Both the position numbers and the translations under genes were made by a program. A stretch of 64,000 nt of DNA from Leptonemataceae bacterium (lineage in GTDB: Bacteria; Spirochaetota; Leptospiria; Leptospirales; Leptonemataceae), in contig OZ245742.1 in NCBI GenBank assembly GCA_965227295.1, forward strand, positions 5,120,001 through 5,184,000. The letters are read 5' to 3'. This document shows, piece by piece, positions 48,405-58,923 of this stretch (position 1 is its first letter; each line of letters starts with the position of its first letter). The notes under the pieces were generated by a model. It had not been told where the DNA came from and searched no databases. It worked only from the letters and a program-made list of their open reading frames with translations.

Positions 48405-49751
48405 ATGCTCCGTCCGCTAACTCATTCTGCGCATACATTAGCATTTACCGTGCTCTGTCTGGGCATCGGCTGCGCCCACGCCCCGGCCAACACGCCGCTG
48501 CCCGGCGGCACCGTGGACCCGAACACGGGCTATCGCTTCGACGAAATTCCGGCGACAAACTCGGACGACGAGCTGTTCATCTGCCTGGCATTCTCCGGCG
48601 GCGGCAGCCGGGCCGCGGCGTTTGCGTACGGCGTGCTGGAAAAGCTGCATCATATGAAGCTGAACTTCGGCGGCCGCGAGACGACGTTGTTGAAGGAAGT
48701 CGATTGCATATCTTCGATCAGCGGCGGTTCGTTTCCGGCGGCCTACTACGGCCTGCGCCGGAATGCCGTGTTCGAAGAGTTCCGTCCGAAGTTCATCGAC
48801 CGCGACATCGAAGGCGACCTGGCCCTGCGCGCACTGAACCCGGTGAACACCGTGCGGATGCTTTCGCCGTACTTCGATCGCATCGACGTCGCCGCGGAGC
48901 TGTACAACGACACGGTCTTCGACGGCGCCACGTATGCAAAGATCATGGAACGGGGCGAGCGCCCGTTTATCATCGTCAACGCCACGGACCTGGCCATCGG
49001 CAAACGCTTCGAGTTTACGCAAGATCAGTTCGACGTGATCGGCTCGGACCTGGCCGCCTTTCCCGTGGCCCGGGCGGTGGCCGCGTCGTCGGCCTTTCCG
49101 ATCTTGCTGAGCCCGCTTACGATTCAGAAACATCCCGTGCGTAACGACGAATTGTTGCGTAAGCGTTACTCAACACGGCACGAAAAGTTTTATTCGGATC
49201 GGCGGAACTACGAGTTTGATTGGACCCGGCGGGAGTATCTCCGGGCCGACAAACGCTGGGTGCATCTCATGGACGGCGGCCTGGCCGACAACACGGGACT
49301 GCGACCGATCACTTACGGCATACGCGAGGGTTTCATTCATCGTCGCCTGGAACGCCGGCGCATTCGACGCCTGGTGGTTATTACCGTGAACGCTTATACT
49401 CGCAGCAAGGATGAAGAGAGCGCGAGCGAGAGCGGCCCGGGCACCGGCGCCGTGGACATCAAGACTATGACCACGGCCATGGACGACTTCAGCCTGGATA
49501 CCATCGAAGAAACCGCCGATCTCCTTCAAGACATGCGTGCGAAGTTCGGCGGCGGGCTGCAGGTCTACGCCGTGAACCTGGAATTCGAGGCGCTGCGGGA
49601 CGAGGCCGAGCGCAATTATCTGTGGTCCATCCCGACGAGTTTCTACGTCAACCGCGCCCAGGCGGACCGGCTCATCGGCGTGAGCGAGGTACTCTTTCGC
49701 CGGCATCCGGACTTTCAGCGATTGCAGCGGGACCTTAAGATCCGCTGGTAG
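48405..49751 (+). CDS. Patatin-like phospholipase, probable lipoprotein
   Basis: FSGGGSRA, SISGG, DGG; LGIGC lipobox. Confidence 0.88.
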   Translation: MLRPLTHSAHTLAFTVLCLGIGCAHAPANTPLPGGTVDPNTGYRFDEIPATNSDDELFICLAFSGGGSRAAAFAYGVLEKLHHMKLNFGGRETTLLKEVDCISSISGGSFPAAYYGLRRNAVFEEFRPKFIDRDIEGDLALRALNPVNTVRMLSPYFDRIDVAAELYNDTVFDGATYAKIMERGERPFIIVNATDLAIGKRFEFTQDQFDVIGSDLAAFPVARAVAASSAFPILLSPLTIQKHPVRNDELLRKRYSTRHEKFYSDRRNYEFDWTRREYLRADKRWVHLMDGGLADNTGLRPITYGIREGFIHRRLERRRIRRLVVITVNAYTRSKDEESASESGPGTGAVDIKTMTTAMDDFSLDTIEETADLLQDMRAKFGGGLQVYAVNLEFEALRDEAERNYLWSIPTSFYVNRAQADRLIGVSEVLFRRHPDFQRLQRDLKIRW

Positions 49752-49766
49752 TACATTAACACGCCG

Positions 49767-50693
49767 CTACGCATCGAGCATTTCCAGCACGCGCTGCTCC
49801 ACGTCCCGGTAAACCGCTTCTTCAATGCTCTCCGGCTCGATGCGTTCCGCCGCCCCGAAGATGCGCGCCGCCCGCACGTCCTCGAAACCGTCGATGGCCG
49901 TACGCAACGCCGGCACCGGGGCCATGGCATACAACATGGCGATCACACGATCCGACTCCTTCGAGAGGACCCGCTGGAGTTCTTCCGGCGGATAGTCGAA
50001 CAACGGGCTGTCGTTGGCGCGCAAGAGCGGCCGGGCGGCGAGAAAGTGCTGCGCCTCAAAACGTTGCAACGCCGTGAGCAGTTTCAGATGACGGCTGTCC
50101 TTTTGTACGGCATGGTACCATTGCAAAAGATAGTAGCGTTCCAGAAACGGCAGCTCCAGGAAAATGGCGTAACCGTCGATGTCGTCGTAGCGCGGCAGAG
50201 CTTCCAGGGGATCCGCGCCGTGCAGCTCACGAATTTCAGCCACGAGCTCTTCGACGGACGGTGGATCGATAGTAACTGAAAATTCGCGAATGTTACCGGC
50301 CGGCACAGGTTTGTCCGCCGGAAAGAGGGCCCGGGGCAGTTCCCCCAGTTTCGAAGAGAAGCGTCGTTCGAGGGCGCGCTCGACCTGCGCCTGCTCGCCG
50401 GCATCCAGACTTTCCATGGCCTGCACGTTCCCCGGGCCGTGCGCCTGGTCGCCGTCGCCCGGGTTCGTCGGCGCGGCATCCCGGCTAACTTCTTTTTCTC
50501 GAAACTTAAACAACCCGACGCCGTCTTTATTCAGCCGCACCGTATAGTCGGAACCGTCCGGTTGCAGAAACGTAAAACGCAAGGCGAGGTCCTGGTCGTC
50601 GAGGGCATGGCCCTCGTCCACGGAGCGCAGTACCTGCGCGGCGGTCATGAGTTCGAGCAGGCTATGATCCAGTTCTCCGGCATTTCCAAGCAT
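49767..50693 (-). CDS. Hypothetical protein
   Basis: 308-aa ORF with protein-like composition and AGGA RBS. Confidence 0.6.
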   Translation of the reverse strand: MLGNAGELDHSLLELMTAAQVLRSVDEGHALDDQDLALRFTFLQPDGSDYTVRLNKDGVGLFKFREKEVSRDAAPTNPGDGDQAHGPGNVQAMESLDAGEQAQVERALERRFSSKLGELPRALFPADKPVPAGNIREFSVTIDPPSVEELVAEIRELHGADPLEALPRYDDIDGYAIFLELPFLERYYLLQWYHAVQKDSRHLKLLTALQRFEAQHFLAARPLLRANDSPLFDYPPEELQRVLSKESDRVIAMLYAMAPVPALRTAIDGFEDVRAARIFGAAERIEPESIEEAVYRDVEQRVLEMLDA

Positions 50694-50827
50694 GGGGTTT
50701 CCTGCATCGAAGCCCTGGAGCTGTCAAGACATAGGCCGCGGCCCGAACGGCCGAAAATGAAAGTCATACAACTTGACGGCGGCATTACTTCTTGTTATAC
50801 TGTGACTATACCGAAAAGGAGGTAACA

Positions 50828-51394
50828 GTGAGTACTACTGTACAAAAATTCGAACGATACAACGCCACGGACGCCCCGCGGGGATCCGCGGAAATCCTGA
50901 AAGGCGCAGAACAGAAGATGGGCTTTACGCCGAATCTCTACGCCGTGATGGCGGAGTCGCCCGCCCTTTTGAAAGGCTATACCGAACTCGACGATATTTT
51001 CGCAACGTCTTCCCTGACGCCGGTCGAGCGGCAGATCATTCTCTTAACCGTCAGTCGCTTTCACGAATGTCATTATTGCGTGGCCGCGCATTCCACGCTG
51101 GCCAAATCATTCAACATCGACGAAAACAATTTGAGCGCTCTGCGTGAGGGCCGACCGTTGCATAACGGCAAACAGGAAGCCCTGCGCCGCTTTACCGAAA
51201 CCCTCGTAGAAAACCGCGGCTGGCTCCGCGACGACGACCTGCAGGATTTTCTGGACGCCGGTTACAATCGCACGAACGTAATGGAAGTAATCCTCGGCAT
51301 CGCCTTAAAGACCATGTCGAACTATACCAATCACGTCGTGGATACGGATCTGGACAAGGCATTCGCAGCACAACGCTGGACTCCTGCTAAATAA
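50828..51394 (+). CDS. AhpD/carboxymuconolactone decarboxylase family protein
   Basis: GFTPNL, ECHYCVAAH; AGGAGG RBS before GTG. Confidence 0.88.
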   Translation: MSTTVQKFERYNATDAPRGSAEILKGAEQKMGFTPNLYAVMAESPALLKGYTELDDIFATSSLTPVERQIILLTVSRFHECHYCVAAHSTLAKSFNIDENNLSALREGRPLHNGKQEALRRFTETLVENRGWLRDDDLQDFLDAGYNRTNVMEVILGIALKTMSNYTNHVVDTDLDKAFAAQRWTPAK

Positions 51395-51431
51395 AAACAG
51401 GCAGCCGAAATCAATATATGATTCACCGGAC

Positions 51432-51455
51432 GGGCGCACGAGCGCCCTTTTTTTT
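51432..51455 (+). terminator. Rho-independent terminator
   Basis: GGGCGC-ACGA-GCGCCC followed by T8. Confidence 0.75.
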
Positions 51456-51461
51456 ACGCGC

Positions 51462-52067
51462 TCAGTGCAGGGTCTGCACGTAACACCAGGCATGCACGTA
51501 ACGCCGGTCCGTCTCGAACAGATACCAGTCGGTAACGCACGTCACGTCTTCATCCACACGATCGTGAAAGCGATGCACCAGCCAGCCCGCGAGAATCGTT
51601 TCACCATCGGAAGTTACCGGCGGAACATCGCGCAGGGGGTCTTCCTCGCCCGCCTCGACGGCCGTCTCGCGCCACCAGTCCAGGCCCGCGGCGGGATTCA
51701 CGCAAACTTCCTCGGGCTCCCCGGGATCGTGGGCGTTCCATAACCACTCGCGCCAGTGACCGGGCGGGCCCTGCCGGGGCGGTTGCCGGGATTCCCGCAG
51801 GTCCCCCTCGCCGAAGATCGCCGGGGCGGCCTCCGTATTCACGTAAAACGCGGCGAGACTCGGGAAGGCGTCTCCGGGCGCATGCTCCACGCGGAGCAGA
51901 TAGCCGTCGTACATCTCGAACCCGCTGGTAACTTCGAATTGAGTGATCTTAGCCGCGGCGGCCGGGTCCCGAAAGCGCGCCGCCGCGGCAAGATCCGGAA
52001 CACGATCCCGCGGCCCGGGCTCGTCCGAAGAGAATAACGTATCACCGATCCACATCACATCATTCAC
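51462..52067 (-). CDS. Hypothetical protein
   Basis: 201-aa Trp/acidic-rich ORF after the OmpA-like gene. Confidence 0.55.
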   Translation of the reverse strand: MNDVMWIGDTLFSSDEPGPRDRVPDLAAAARFRDPAAAAKITQFEVTSGFEMYDGYLLRVEHAPGDAFPSLAAFYVNTEAAPAIFGEGDLRESRQPPRQGPPGHWREWLWNAHDPGEPEEVCVNPAAGLDWWRETAVEAGEEDPLRDVPPVTSDGETILAGWLVHRFHDRVDEDVTCVTDWYLFETDRRYVHAWCYVQTLH

Positions 52068-52091
52068 CTGCTAACAAACATTGCCAGAAAG

Positions 52092-52679
52092 TTAATCCAA
52101 TCGAATCAACTCCACCCGCCGATTCAAACCCGGATCCACATTGGTTCCGTGGGGAGCCACCCGGCCCTCGCTTTCGAGGCGTGAAACATCGATGCCGAAC
52201 CTACCGGCGAAATAACGCACCACCGACCGCGCACGGCGATGAGCCAGGTTGATGTTGCCGTTGGATCCGCCTTCGACGCGCAGGCGCAAGTCCGGTTCAC
52301 GCAGCAGGGCCTCGCCCGCGGCGTCCAGGGCCGGCGCGCTGTCCTCACGCAAACGATCCGACGACGGATGAAAGTACACGCGTTCCAGGGAGACGCGACC
52401 GCGTTCTCTTAAGCTCGTGATGATGTCTTCCGCTGATGCGGGCGGCGGGTCCTCGGGCGGATCGGTCCAGCGACGCTCGTTTTCTTTTTTCGGCGACTCC
52501 GATGAGCGCGACGGTAACGCGGCAAGATCGCGCGAGTACTCCAGCGCTCGATCGCGGCGATCGTTGCCGGGCGGCACATCATCCTGCCTGTCTTTCAGAG
52601 CGCGGCCCGGCAAACGCAGCGGCAACAACATCAACGTAACGACAAAGAGCAACGCGCAGACGAGAAACAGAACGAACAT
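52092..52679 (-). CDS. OmpA/MotB C-terminal domain protein with degenerate motif
   Basis: TM anchor; VYF..SD.L, LA.RRA.SV, NRRVE. Confidence 0.75.
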   Translation of the reverse strand: MFVLFLVCALLFVVTLMLLPLRLPGRALKDRQDDVPPGNDRRDRALEYSRDLAALPSRSSESPKKENERRWTDPPEDPPPASAEDIITSLRERGRVSLERVYFHPSSDRLREDSAPALDAAGEALLREPDLRLRVEGGSNGNINLAHRRARSVVRYFAGRFGIDVSRLESEGRVAPHGTNVDPGLNRRVELIRLD

Positions 52680-52727
52680 CTCGTTCTATGAGACGACGCA
52701 CGTCGCGAAAGGGTAGGCTTTTTTGAT

Positions 52728-53321
52728 TTGAGTTGTTTGCATGATGGGGCGGTGCAGGCTTGCCGTGTGGACGGCCGCGACCTCAAACTCCGCCGCTTTT
52801 CGCTGCGCCGCGGCGACCGTGAATGGCTGCTCGGACTACTGGGCCGCGCGGACGCGGACGAACTGCGAAACTGGGCCGGCAACGGCTTTCGCGCGCCCCT
52901 GAATCGCGCGCAACTGGATCGTCACCTGGCCCGCATGCGAAACCCCGGGCGCTACGCGTTCATCGGTCAGTGGACGGGGGCGGAGACGGAGCGCGTGAGT
53001 TACGTGGAACTCTACGACGCCCGCGCCCACGCTTCGGCCTTTCTCACGCGCATGTACGTGGCCCCGGCCTTCCGCGGTCAAGGCCTTGGCACCGCCACGG
53101 TGCGCCGGGTCATCGCCGTAGGTTTCAGTCAACTGAAGTTACACCGCATTGAGCTGAACGTTTACGAACACAACACGGCGGCGCGGCGCTGCTACGAAAA
53201 AGCGGGCTTCCAGAACGAGGGTCTGCTCCGGGACCTCCTGTTCACCGGCACCGGGTACTGGAGCGCGTATCGCATGTCGATCCTGGATCATGAGTGGCGA
53301 ACGCGTGGCAGGGGTTGCTGA
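52728..53321 (+). CDS. GNAT (RimJ/RimL-like) acetyltransferase
   Basis: FRGQGLG, LHRIEL.V...N..A..CYEKAGF..EG; start uncertain. Confidence 0.85.
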   Translation: MSCLHDGAVQACRVDGRDLKLRRFSLRRGDREWLLGLLGRADADELRNWAGNGFRAPLNRAQLDRHLARMRNPGRYAFIGQWTGAETERVSYVELYDARAHASAFLTRMYVAPAFRGQGLGTATVRRVIAVGFSQLKLHRIELNVYEHNTAARRCYEKAGFQNEGLLRDLLFTGTGYWSAYRMSILDHEWRTRGRGC

Positions 53322-53413
53322 GGCCGCCCCCGTCGCACGCACATCCTGTGCGAGCGTCGGGGGCGCTTCGCCCTCCATGGCTTCGCAACGACCTCAGCAA
53401 CCCCTGCCACGCG
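53302..53413. mobile_element. 112-bp MITE/REPIN-like element with 22-bp perfect terminal inverted repeats
   Basis: CGCGTGGCAGGGGTTGCTGAGG...CCTCAGCAACCCCTGCCACGCG with an internal CGCCCCCG/CGGGGGCG stem. Confidence 0.6.
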
Positions 53414-53537
53414 AAGCCCTCAAAATTCTGTTGAATCGGGCAATTGAAATACCGCTCAAATCTGTACTTGCGCGCTACACGGCCCTCGGCATTGCATACA
53501 GCGCCAGCGTCGACTTTAAGAGCGACTGACACCAGTA

Positions 53538-54035
53538 TTACTCCACGTGCTTCAGTAACTTCTCCCGGTACGCACTTAGTTCGTCCGCGCTTGCGTCGCC
53601 TTCGTGGGGCGCCCACGGGGCGAACTCCTTGTCGTTAGTGGGAATGTACGGCCCGGGCTTGACCTCGAAGCAAACGGCGTGTTCGCTCAGCACCACCAGC
53701 GTATGCCAGAACCCCGGCGAGATGTCCACGCCCACGGGCAGGCCGTCGTTCATCTCCGCGTCGAGGACCTCGGCCGAGGCGACCCGGCCGTCGTCGTCGA
53801 ACGTAAAAAAAGCAATGCGCCCCTCGATCACCAGGAACGACTCGGCCTTCGGCGGCTGCGTGTGTCGATGCGGGGTGATGTAGGTGTCCCGCAGCATCAC
53901 GTTCAAAAAACGATGCGGATTTTCTTCCATGCTGCCGTGAAAGTTGAAGTTCATGCGCCGCCGCGGCGAATTGCGGGCCTGGTCCAGGACCTCGTCGAAG
54001 AGCTTGCGATTGAGAATGTGTTTGGTGAGATTCAT
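53538..54035 (-). CDS. WbuC-family cupin metalloprotein
   Basis: SPRRRMNFNFH, PHRH...K.E, WHT, EVKPGPY. Confidence 0.88.
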   Translation of the reverse strand: MNLTKHILNRKLFDEVLDQARNSPRRRMNFNFHGSMEENPHRFLNVMLRDTYITPHRHTQPPKAESFLVIEGRIAFFTFDDDGRVASAEVLDAEMNDGLPVGVDISPGFWHTLVVLSEHAVCFEVKPGPYIPTNDKEFAPWAPHEGDASADELSAYREKLLKHVE

Positions 54036-54163
54036 ACTGGATGGTGTCGCTGAGAAATGCGGAGCATCACATTGCAACCATCCCCCGCCTATCGCGAAAA
54101 CGCAATCAAGAAACACGGCGGCATCCCGCTTGACACAAGCACCACGACGCCGAACGTACCAAC

Positions 54164-54628
54164 ATGGCCGCATCATCGGACATCGACTTCGACGATCTCG
54201 TACACGCTGCTTACGATCCGGAAACCGGCGAGCCGCGTTCCATGGAAGCCCTGGACGATCTATGGACCGCCTTTCTGTCGTTGCCCGACTGGAACTTTCT
54301 CGTGAAGGCGCCGGGGGAAAACGAGGCGCCGCGCGATCCCTATCCCTACGTCGGTTACGTGGACGGCAAGTCCTGGGTCTTCGTCTTCACCGACGCGCGT
54401 CGTTTGCGCGAGTACGCGCGCGAGCACAACTTCACGAATCCCGACGGCAGCGCGCTCATGATCACGATGCCGAAAGACGGCGCCCTGGACTGGCTCGTGG
54501 AACTGGGCGGCAACGGTGTCTTCGGCCTGCGCGTCAACGAGGGCGAGCACGGCTGGTTCGCGCCGCTGGATCAACTGAAACCCATCCGCGCGCACCTGCG
54601 CAAACTCGGTAAACTCGATGACGCGTGA
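54164..54628 (+). CDS. Hypothetical protein, SseB-like
   Basis: PYVGYVDGKSWVFVFTD motif. Confidence 0.6.
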   Translation: MAASSDIDFDDLVHAAYDPETGEPRSMEALDDLWTAFLSLPDWNFLVKAPGENEAPRDPYPYVGYVDGKSWVFVFTDARRLREYAREHNFTNPDGSALMITMPKDGALDWLVELGGNGVFGLRVNEGEHGWFAPLDQLKPIRAHLRKLGKLDDA

Positions 54629-54720
54629 ACCTTCCACAAACGAAATCGATCCGACAGCAGCATTGCACTAACATTCACCGAACTGGTGTTAGCAAAACCG
54701 TGGCCGCGCAGGCAGCGGCC

Positions 54721-55338
54721 TTATGCGTACAAATCCGCGAACGGATCGTGCGCCGGGTCTTCGTTCCACTCGTGTTCGATCTCGTTCGCCTGCTGTTTCG
54801 CAACGTCGTAGCCGAGCAAATCGGCGACAAACGCGAGCGTCATGTCGATGCCCGCCGTCACGCCGGAGCTGGTGTAAACATTGCCGTCCTGCACCCAGCG
54901 CGCTTTGTAGACCCACTGCACGTTCGGTCCTTGCGACTTCGCCCAGGCGAACGCAAGTTTGTTCGAGGTGGCGCGTTTACCGTCGAGCAGGCCGGTGTTC
55001 GCGAAGAGCCCGGAGCCGGTGCACACCGTTAAGATGTACTCCGCGCGGGCGGCGACGTCGCGCAGCGCTTCGATGTACGGCGCATCTTTCGCCAGGACAC
55101 GCGTGCCGATGCCGCCGGGTACAAGTAAGATGAAATCGCGCTCATGGATTTCCGAAAACGGCCGGGTCGGCACGGGGACCTGTTGCGCACTGGTAACGAG
55201 ACCGCCGTGCTGCGAGTAAAACGCGGGCGTGAAGTGTTCGCCGAGACGGCCGAAGACTTCGACGGGGCCGAAGGCATCGAGGGTTTCGAAGTCGGAGAAA
55301 AGAACCGTTACAATCGTGCGCATCTTTACCGTTGCCAT
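54721..55338 (-). CDS. DJ-1/PfpI family protein
   Basis: LDAFGP.EV, VPGG.G, VCTG, TSSGVTAGID. Confidence 0.9.
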   Translation of the reverse strand: MATVKMRTIVTVLFSDFETLDAFGPVEVFGRLGEHFTPAFYSQHGGLVTSAQQVPVPTRPFSEIHERDFILLVPGGIGTRVLAKDAPYIEALRDVAARAEYILTVCTGSGLFANTGLLDGKRATSNKLAFAWAKSQGPNVQWVYKARWVQDGNVYTSSGVTAGIDMTLAFVADLLGYDVAKQQANEIEHEWNEDPAHDPFADLYA

Positions 55339-55347
55339 CGTGAAACA

Positions 55348-56685
55348 TCACCCCCGCTCCGGCAAACCTTCCGCTAACTTACACTTACCGTAATCTCCGG
55401 TCGGCAGCGGTTTAGCCAGAAACGCCTCGGCGTGATGCGAGACCACCGACAGCGGCCGGCCGCGCACGAAGTTCGGGCAATCCTCGCGATGCTTCAAGCA
55501 CAGCACCTGGGACGACTCCGGCTTCGGATAGGCCCAGGCCGCGTCCGGGTCGTTTTGAATGCACGCCTGCTCCAGTTGGGCGACGATGCGCATGCGTTTG
55601 ATGATGGGCTCATACGAACGGCACCGGGCAAGCACCGGATTCACGAAGCTCGCCGGCAACGCCCCCAGCTCGCCGTGGTAGGCCAGGCCGGCAATGAGGT
55701 TCTTGAGTTGAATCACCGGATCGAGCTTCTTTTTCTCGGCGTCCATAATGAAGCGCGCGATCTTTAAGATCGACTTCACCGCGCGATACGAACGATCCTG
55801 TTGTTCGTCGGTCTTTGCATCGCCGGCGGTGGCGGCTTCCACGGCGGCCGCGTCCTGCTCATCATCTTCCTCGTCGTCGTCGAGCAACGAAAGATTCGGC
55901 GTCGCCGAAGCCTGGATGTCCTCGGCCTCCGGCGCGTTCAAATGATTGCGCAGGCCGGCAATGACCGCGGCCTCCAGTTGCATTTGCCCGGCGGCTTCCG
56001 CGGCACGGTAGGCGTAATCGAGCTGGAACTTCTGCGGCCGATCGAACATGGGGTCTTCCAGCGCCCCCAGTTGCTTCGCGTAGACGTCGGCCACGAGACC
56101 GGCCTGAAACGTATAACGATGCGTGAACGACCCGCGCTTTTGCAGAACGAAGGCGAGCACCAGCGCATAGAGGCCGAAGCGCGCCAGGTGCAACGCAAGC
56201 TTGCGATCCTGCTCATAGATGCGCAGCAACCACAGCGTGAACATGCGCTTCTCGTTGTTGAACTTATTATAGAGGGCATTCTGAATGACGCCGGCCAGCG
56301 ACGCCCCGGGCATGTCGGTGCGCAGCAGTTCCATGAGGTCGCCGCGGCTGCGCTGGACGAGGCCCAAAAGCACGCGGCGCAAATGCATGCTCACTTTCGA
56401 CAGGACCTCGTCGTTGGTCTTGATGCGATAGTGCGGATTGTGCGCGTCGAACTTGTCCAGGTTTTCGATGCGCGCTTCGTTGATGTTCATGCCGGCGGGA
56501 ATGTAGACCTCGCCGCCGCCGGACTTCACCGGTTCGCTGAACTGAAAGTCGAAGCGCTCTCCCGGCGGCGTGTAGCGCGTGGCGAAGTCCCGAAGCTGGG
56601 CCGCCGAGTAAAACTGGAGAAACTTCTCGGAGATTTTGATCGGCTTTTCGAAGATGCCGCCGCTGTTGCTTACGTTCTCGGACAT
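55348..56685 (-). CDS. Hypothetical protein with an acidic linker and Cys-containing C-terminus
   Basis: 445-aa ORF with host-like codon usage; WAYP, four C-terminal Cys. Confidence 0.7.
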   Translation of the reverse strand: MSENVSNSGGIFEKPIKISEKFLQFYSAAQLRDFATRYTPPGERFDFQFSEPVKSGGGEVYIPAGMNINEARIENLDKFDAHNPHYRIKTNDEVLSKVSMHLRRVLLGLVQRSRGDLMELLRTDMPGASLAGVIQNALYNKFNNEKRMFTLWLLRIYEQDRKLALHLARFGLYALVLAFVLQKRGSFTHRYTFQAGLVADVYAKQLGALEDPMFDRPQKFQLDYAYRAAEAAGQMQLEAAVIAGLRNHLNAPEAEDIQASATPNLSLLDDDEEDDEQDAAAVEAATAGDAKTDEQQDRSYRAVKSILKIARFIMDAEKKKLDPVIQLKNLIAGLAYHGELGALPASFVNPVLARCRSYEPIIKRMRIVAQLEQACIQNDPDAAWAYPKPESSQVLCLKHREDCPNFVRGRPLSVVSHHAEAFLAKPLPTGDYGKCKLAEGLPERG

Positions 56686-56786
56686 AATTCCCGCGCCGGA
56701 GGCGGTGATCCTGGGTACCTTAAAACGAGCCGGACCCAGGCAAACAAAATTTTCTGGTCCCCCGCCCCGCCCCCAAAAAAGTGCTC

Positions 56787-57833
56787 ATGACCATGAACGT
56801 TGCCTCGCTACAGGATCACGACCCGGCGGCCGACGCGTCCGGCCCGGCCGGTTCGCTGCGTATGTTTTCCAGGCTCACCCTGCTCGTGGCGATCTTCGCG
56901 CTCTGCACCATGGTCCTGGGACCGCTCGTGCGCGCCCACGATGCCGGCCTCGCCTGCCCGGACTGGCCGCTCTGCAAAGGCCAGGTCATTCCAGACGTCG
57001 GCGACTATCAAATCTTCCTTGAGTGGATTCATCGCGTCGTGGCCGCCGTCACGGGCATCGGCCTCCTGGCCTGGCTCGCCGTGCTCTTCGCGAAGACCGA
57101 ACTGCGCTCACGTTACGCCGTGGCCGGCGTCCTGGCCGCGTTGCTCATGACCTCGCAAATCGCCCTCGGCGCGCTCACGATCACCGAACAACTCGACGCC
57201 TACGTGGTCAAGTCACACCTGCTGAACGCCGTGCTCTTTCTGAGCGTCCTGGTCTACGTACATCGCAGCGCGGAACGCCGGCAGCGGATCTTAACCACCG
57301 GCGAAAAGAAGTTAAGCAACGTCGTCGGCGGCCGCGATCGATTGTCCCTGGCCGTGTCCCTGGTCTTTCTCGTTACGATCTTTCTGCAATTGTTCCTGGG
57401 CGGCCGCGTGAGCACGAACTACGCCGGCTACGTTTGCCCGGCCTTCCCCGCGTGTTACTACGAAGAAACGGCGAACATCGACGCGGAGGGCGGCGTGCCG
57501 ACCCTGGAACGCAGCCCGGTCTACTTTCCGTCCATGATCGGCGCCACGGAAATGCACATGACCCATCGGTTCATGGCCTACTTCCTGGCGGCGTACTCCG
57601 TGGCGCTCCTGCTTTTCGCCTACCGGCGGCCCTGGACGGAAAACGGGCGACGCTTCGCCTGGTTTTTGTTCGGCATGATCCTATTGCAAATCCTGGTCGG
57701 CGCCGTAAACGTACTGTATCAGATCCCGCCCATCGTTACGACGTTGCACTCGACGTTCGCCTACATCATCTACCTGGGCGCCTTTATTCTCAGTCTGGAG
57801 CTCTTCTTTGACGGCCGTAGTCATGCGCACTGA
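56787..57833 (+). CDS. ctaA: Heme A synthase (COX15/CtaA)
   Basis: AGLACPDWPLC, EWIHR, second Cys pair CPAFPAC, HR. Confidence 0.92.
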   Translation: MTMNVASLQDHDPAADASGPAGSLRMFSRLTLLVAIFALCTMVLGPLVRAHDAGLACPDWPLCKGQVIPDVGDYQIFLEWIHRVVAAVTGIGLLAWLAVLFAKTELRSRYAVAGVLAALLMTSQIALGALTITEQLDAYVVKSHLLNAVLFLSVLVYVHRSAERRQRILTTGEKKLSNVVGGRDRLSLAVSLVFLVTIFLQLFLGGRVSTNYAGYVCPAFPACYYEETANIDAEGGVPTLERSPVYFPSMIGATEMHMTHRFMAYFLAAYSVALLLFAYRRPWTENGRRFAWFLFGMILLQILVGAVNVLYQIPPIVTTLHSTFAYIIYLGAFILSLELFFDGRSHAH

Positions 57834-58725
57834 TCCCGGGCTACTTTCGGACCTCTACAAACTCTTTAAACCGGGGCTCGGCGCGTCGATCCTGGTTACG
57901 ATCATCCCCGGTCTGCTGTTGGGCCCGGAACTGCCCGGCTGGTCGACGATCGCGTTTACCATGATCGGCACGTTCCTCGTGGCGATCTCCTCGTTCGCCT
58001 ACAATCAGATCATCGAAATCAAAACCGACGCCCTCATGGAGCGCACGCGGGATCGTCCACTGCCGTCCGGTCGCTGGCCGCTCTTCGCCGCGTACTTCAT
58101 GGGCTCTTCGATGCTCGGCCTCGGTCTCATCTTACTCGCCCTCAACGTCAACCCGCTCACCGCGGTCGTCGCCCTGGCTTCGTTCGTGCACTACGTCTTC
58201 ATATACACGGCGATCCTCAAGCGCGCAACGCCCTGGAATACGTTGATCGGCGGTTTGTCCGGCGCGGTGGGCCCGCTCATCGGCGAGGCGGCCGTGGCAA
58301 ACACGCTAACATTCGAAGGTTTTACGTTATTCCTGCTGCTCTTTCTCTGGCAGCCGCCGCACTTCTGGTGCCTGGGCATCAAGTACCGCGAACAGTACGC
58401 GGCCGCGGGCATTCGCATCCTGCCGGTAACGGACGGCGTGCAGACAACGTTGCGCTACATGATCGGCTACTGGATTGCGGTCTTGCTTTTGATCGTGCTG
58501 ATGTACGTGCCGGTGTTTCCGCCGCTCGCGATCGCCGGGCCGGCCTTCTTCGTGCCGGCCTTCGGCCTGGGACTCGTGGTACTCTACGCCATGATCAAAC
58601 TCCGCCGGGACTTTGCCGCGGGGGAGGACGCCCGGCCGCTGCGGGTCTTCTTTCTGACGATCCTGCACATGCTCGTCTGGCATCTGGCCATGACCGCGGA
58701 CCTGTACCTGCGACGCTGGTCCTGA
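57823..58725 (+). CDS. ctaB: Protoheme IX farnesyltransferase
   Basis: D.LMERTRDRPLPSG, YT..LKR.T, FLWQPPHF. Confidence 0.93.
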   Translation: MRTDPGLLSDLYKLFKPGLGASILVTIIPGLLLGPELPGWSTIAFTMIGTFLVAISSFAYNQIIEIKTDALMERTRDRPLPSGRWPLFAAYFMGSSMLGLGLILLALNVNPLTAVVALASFVHYVFIYTAILKRATPWNTLIGGLSGAVGPLIGEAAVANTLTFEGFTLFLLLFLWQPPHFWCLGIKYREQYAAAGIRILPVTDGVQTTLRYMIGYWIAVLLLIVLMYVPVFPPLAIAGPAFFVPAFGLGLVVLYAMIKLRRDFAAGEDARPLRVFFLTILHMLVWHLAMTADLYLRRWS

Positions 58726-58923
58726 TTCATGAGCACCCGGGTCGCGGCCTTTTTTGTCGGATCTTTGGGTTTTTCTTTTCCCTTTTCAGCAGCCTGCCTG
58801 TATATTGAACAAATCTTGAGAGCGGCCGCGCCGGATTTCGCCGTCTCACGGCCCTCGGACGCTGGAACGCTTCTTGCTGATGTAAACAGGGCAGAGCCCG
58901 ATTTTTTTCACTTTGATTGCATC

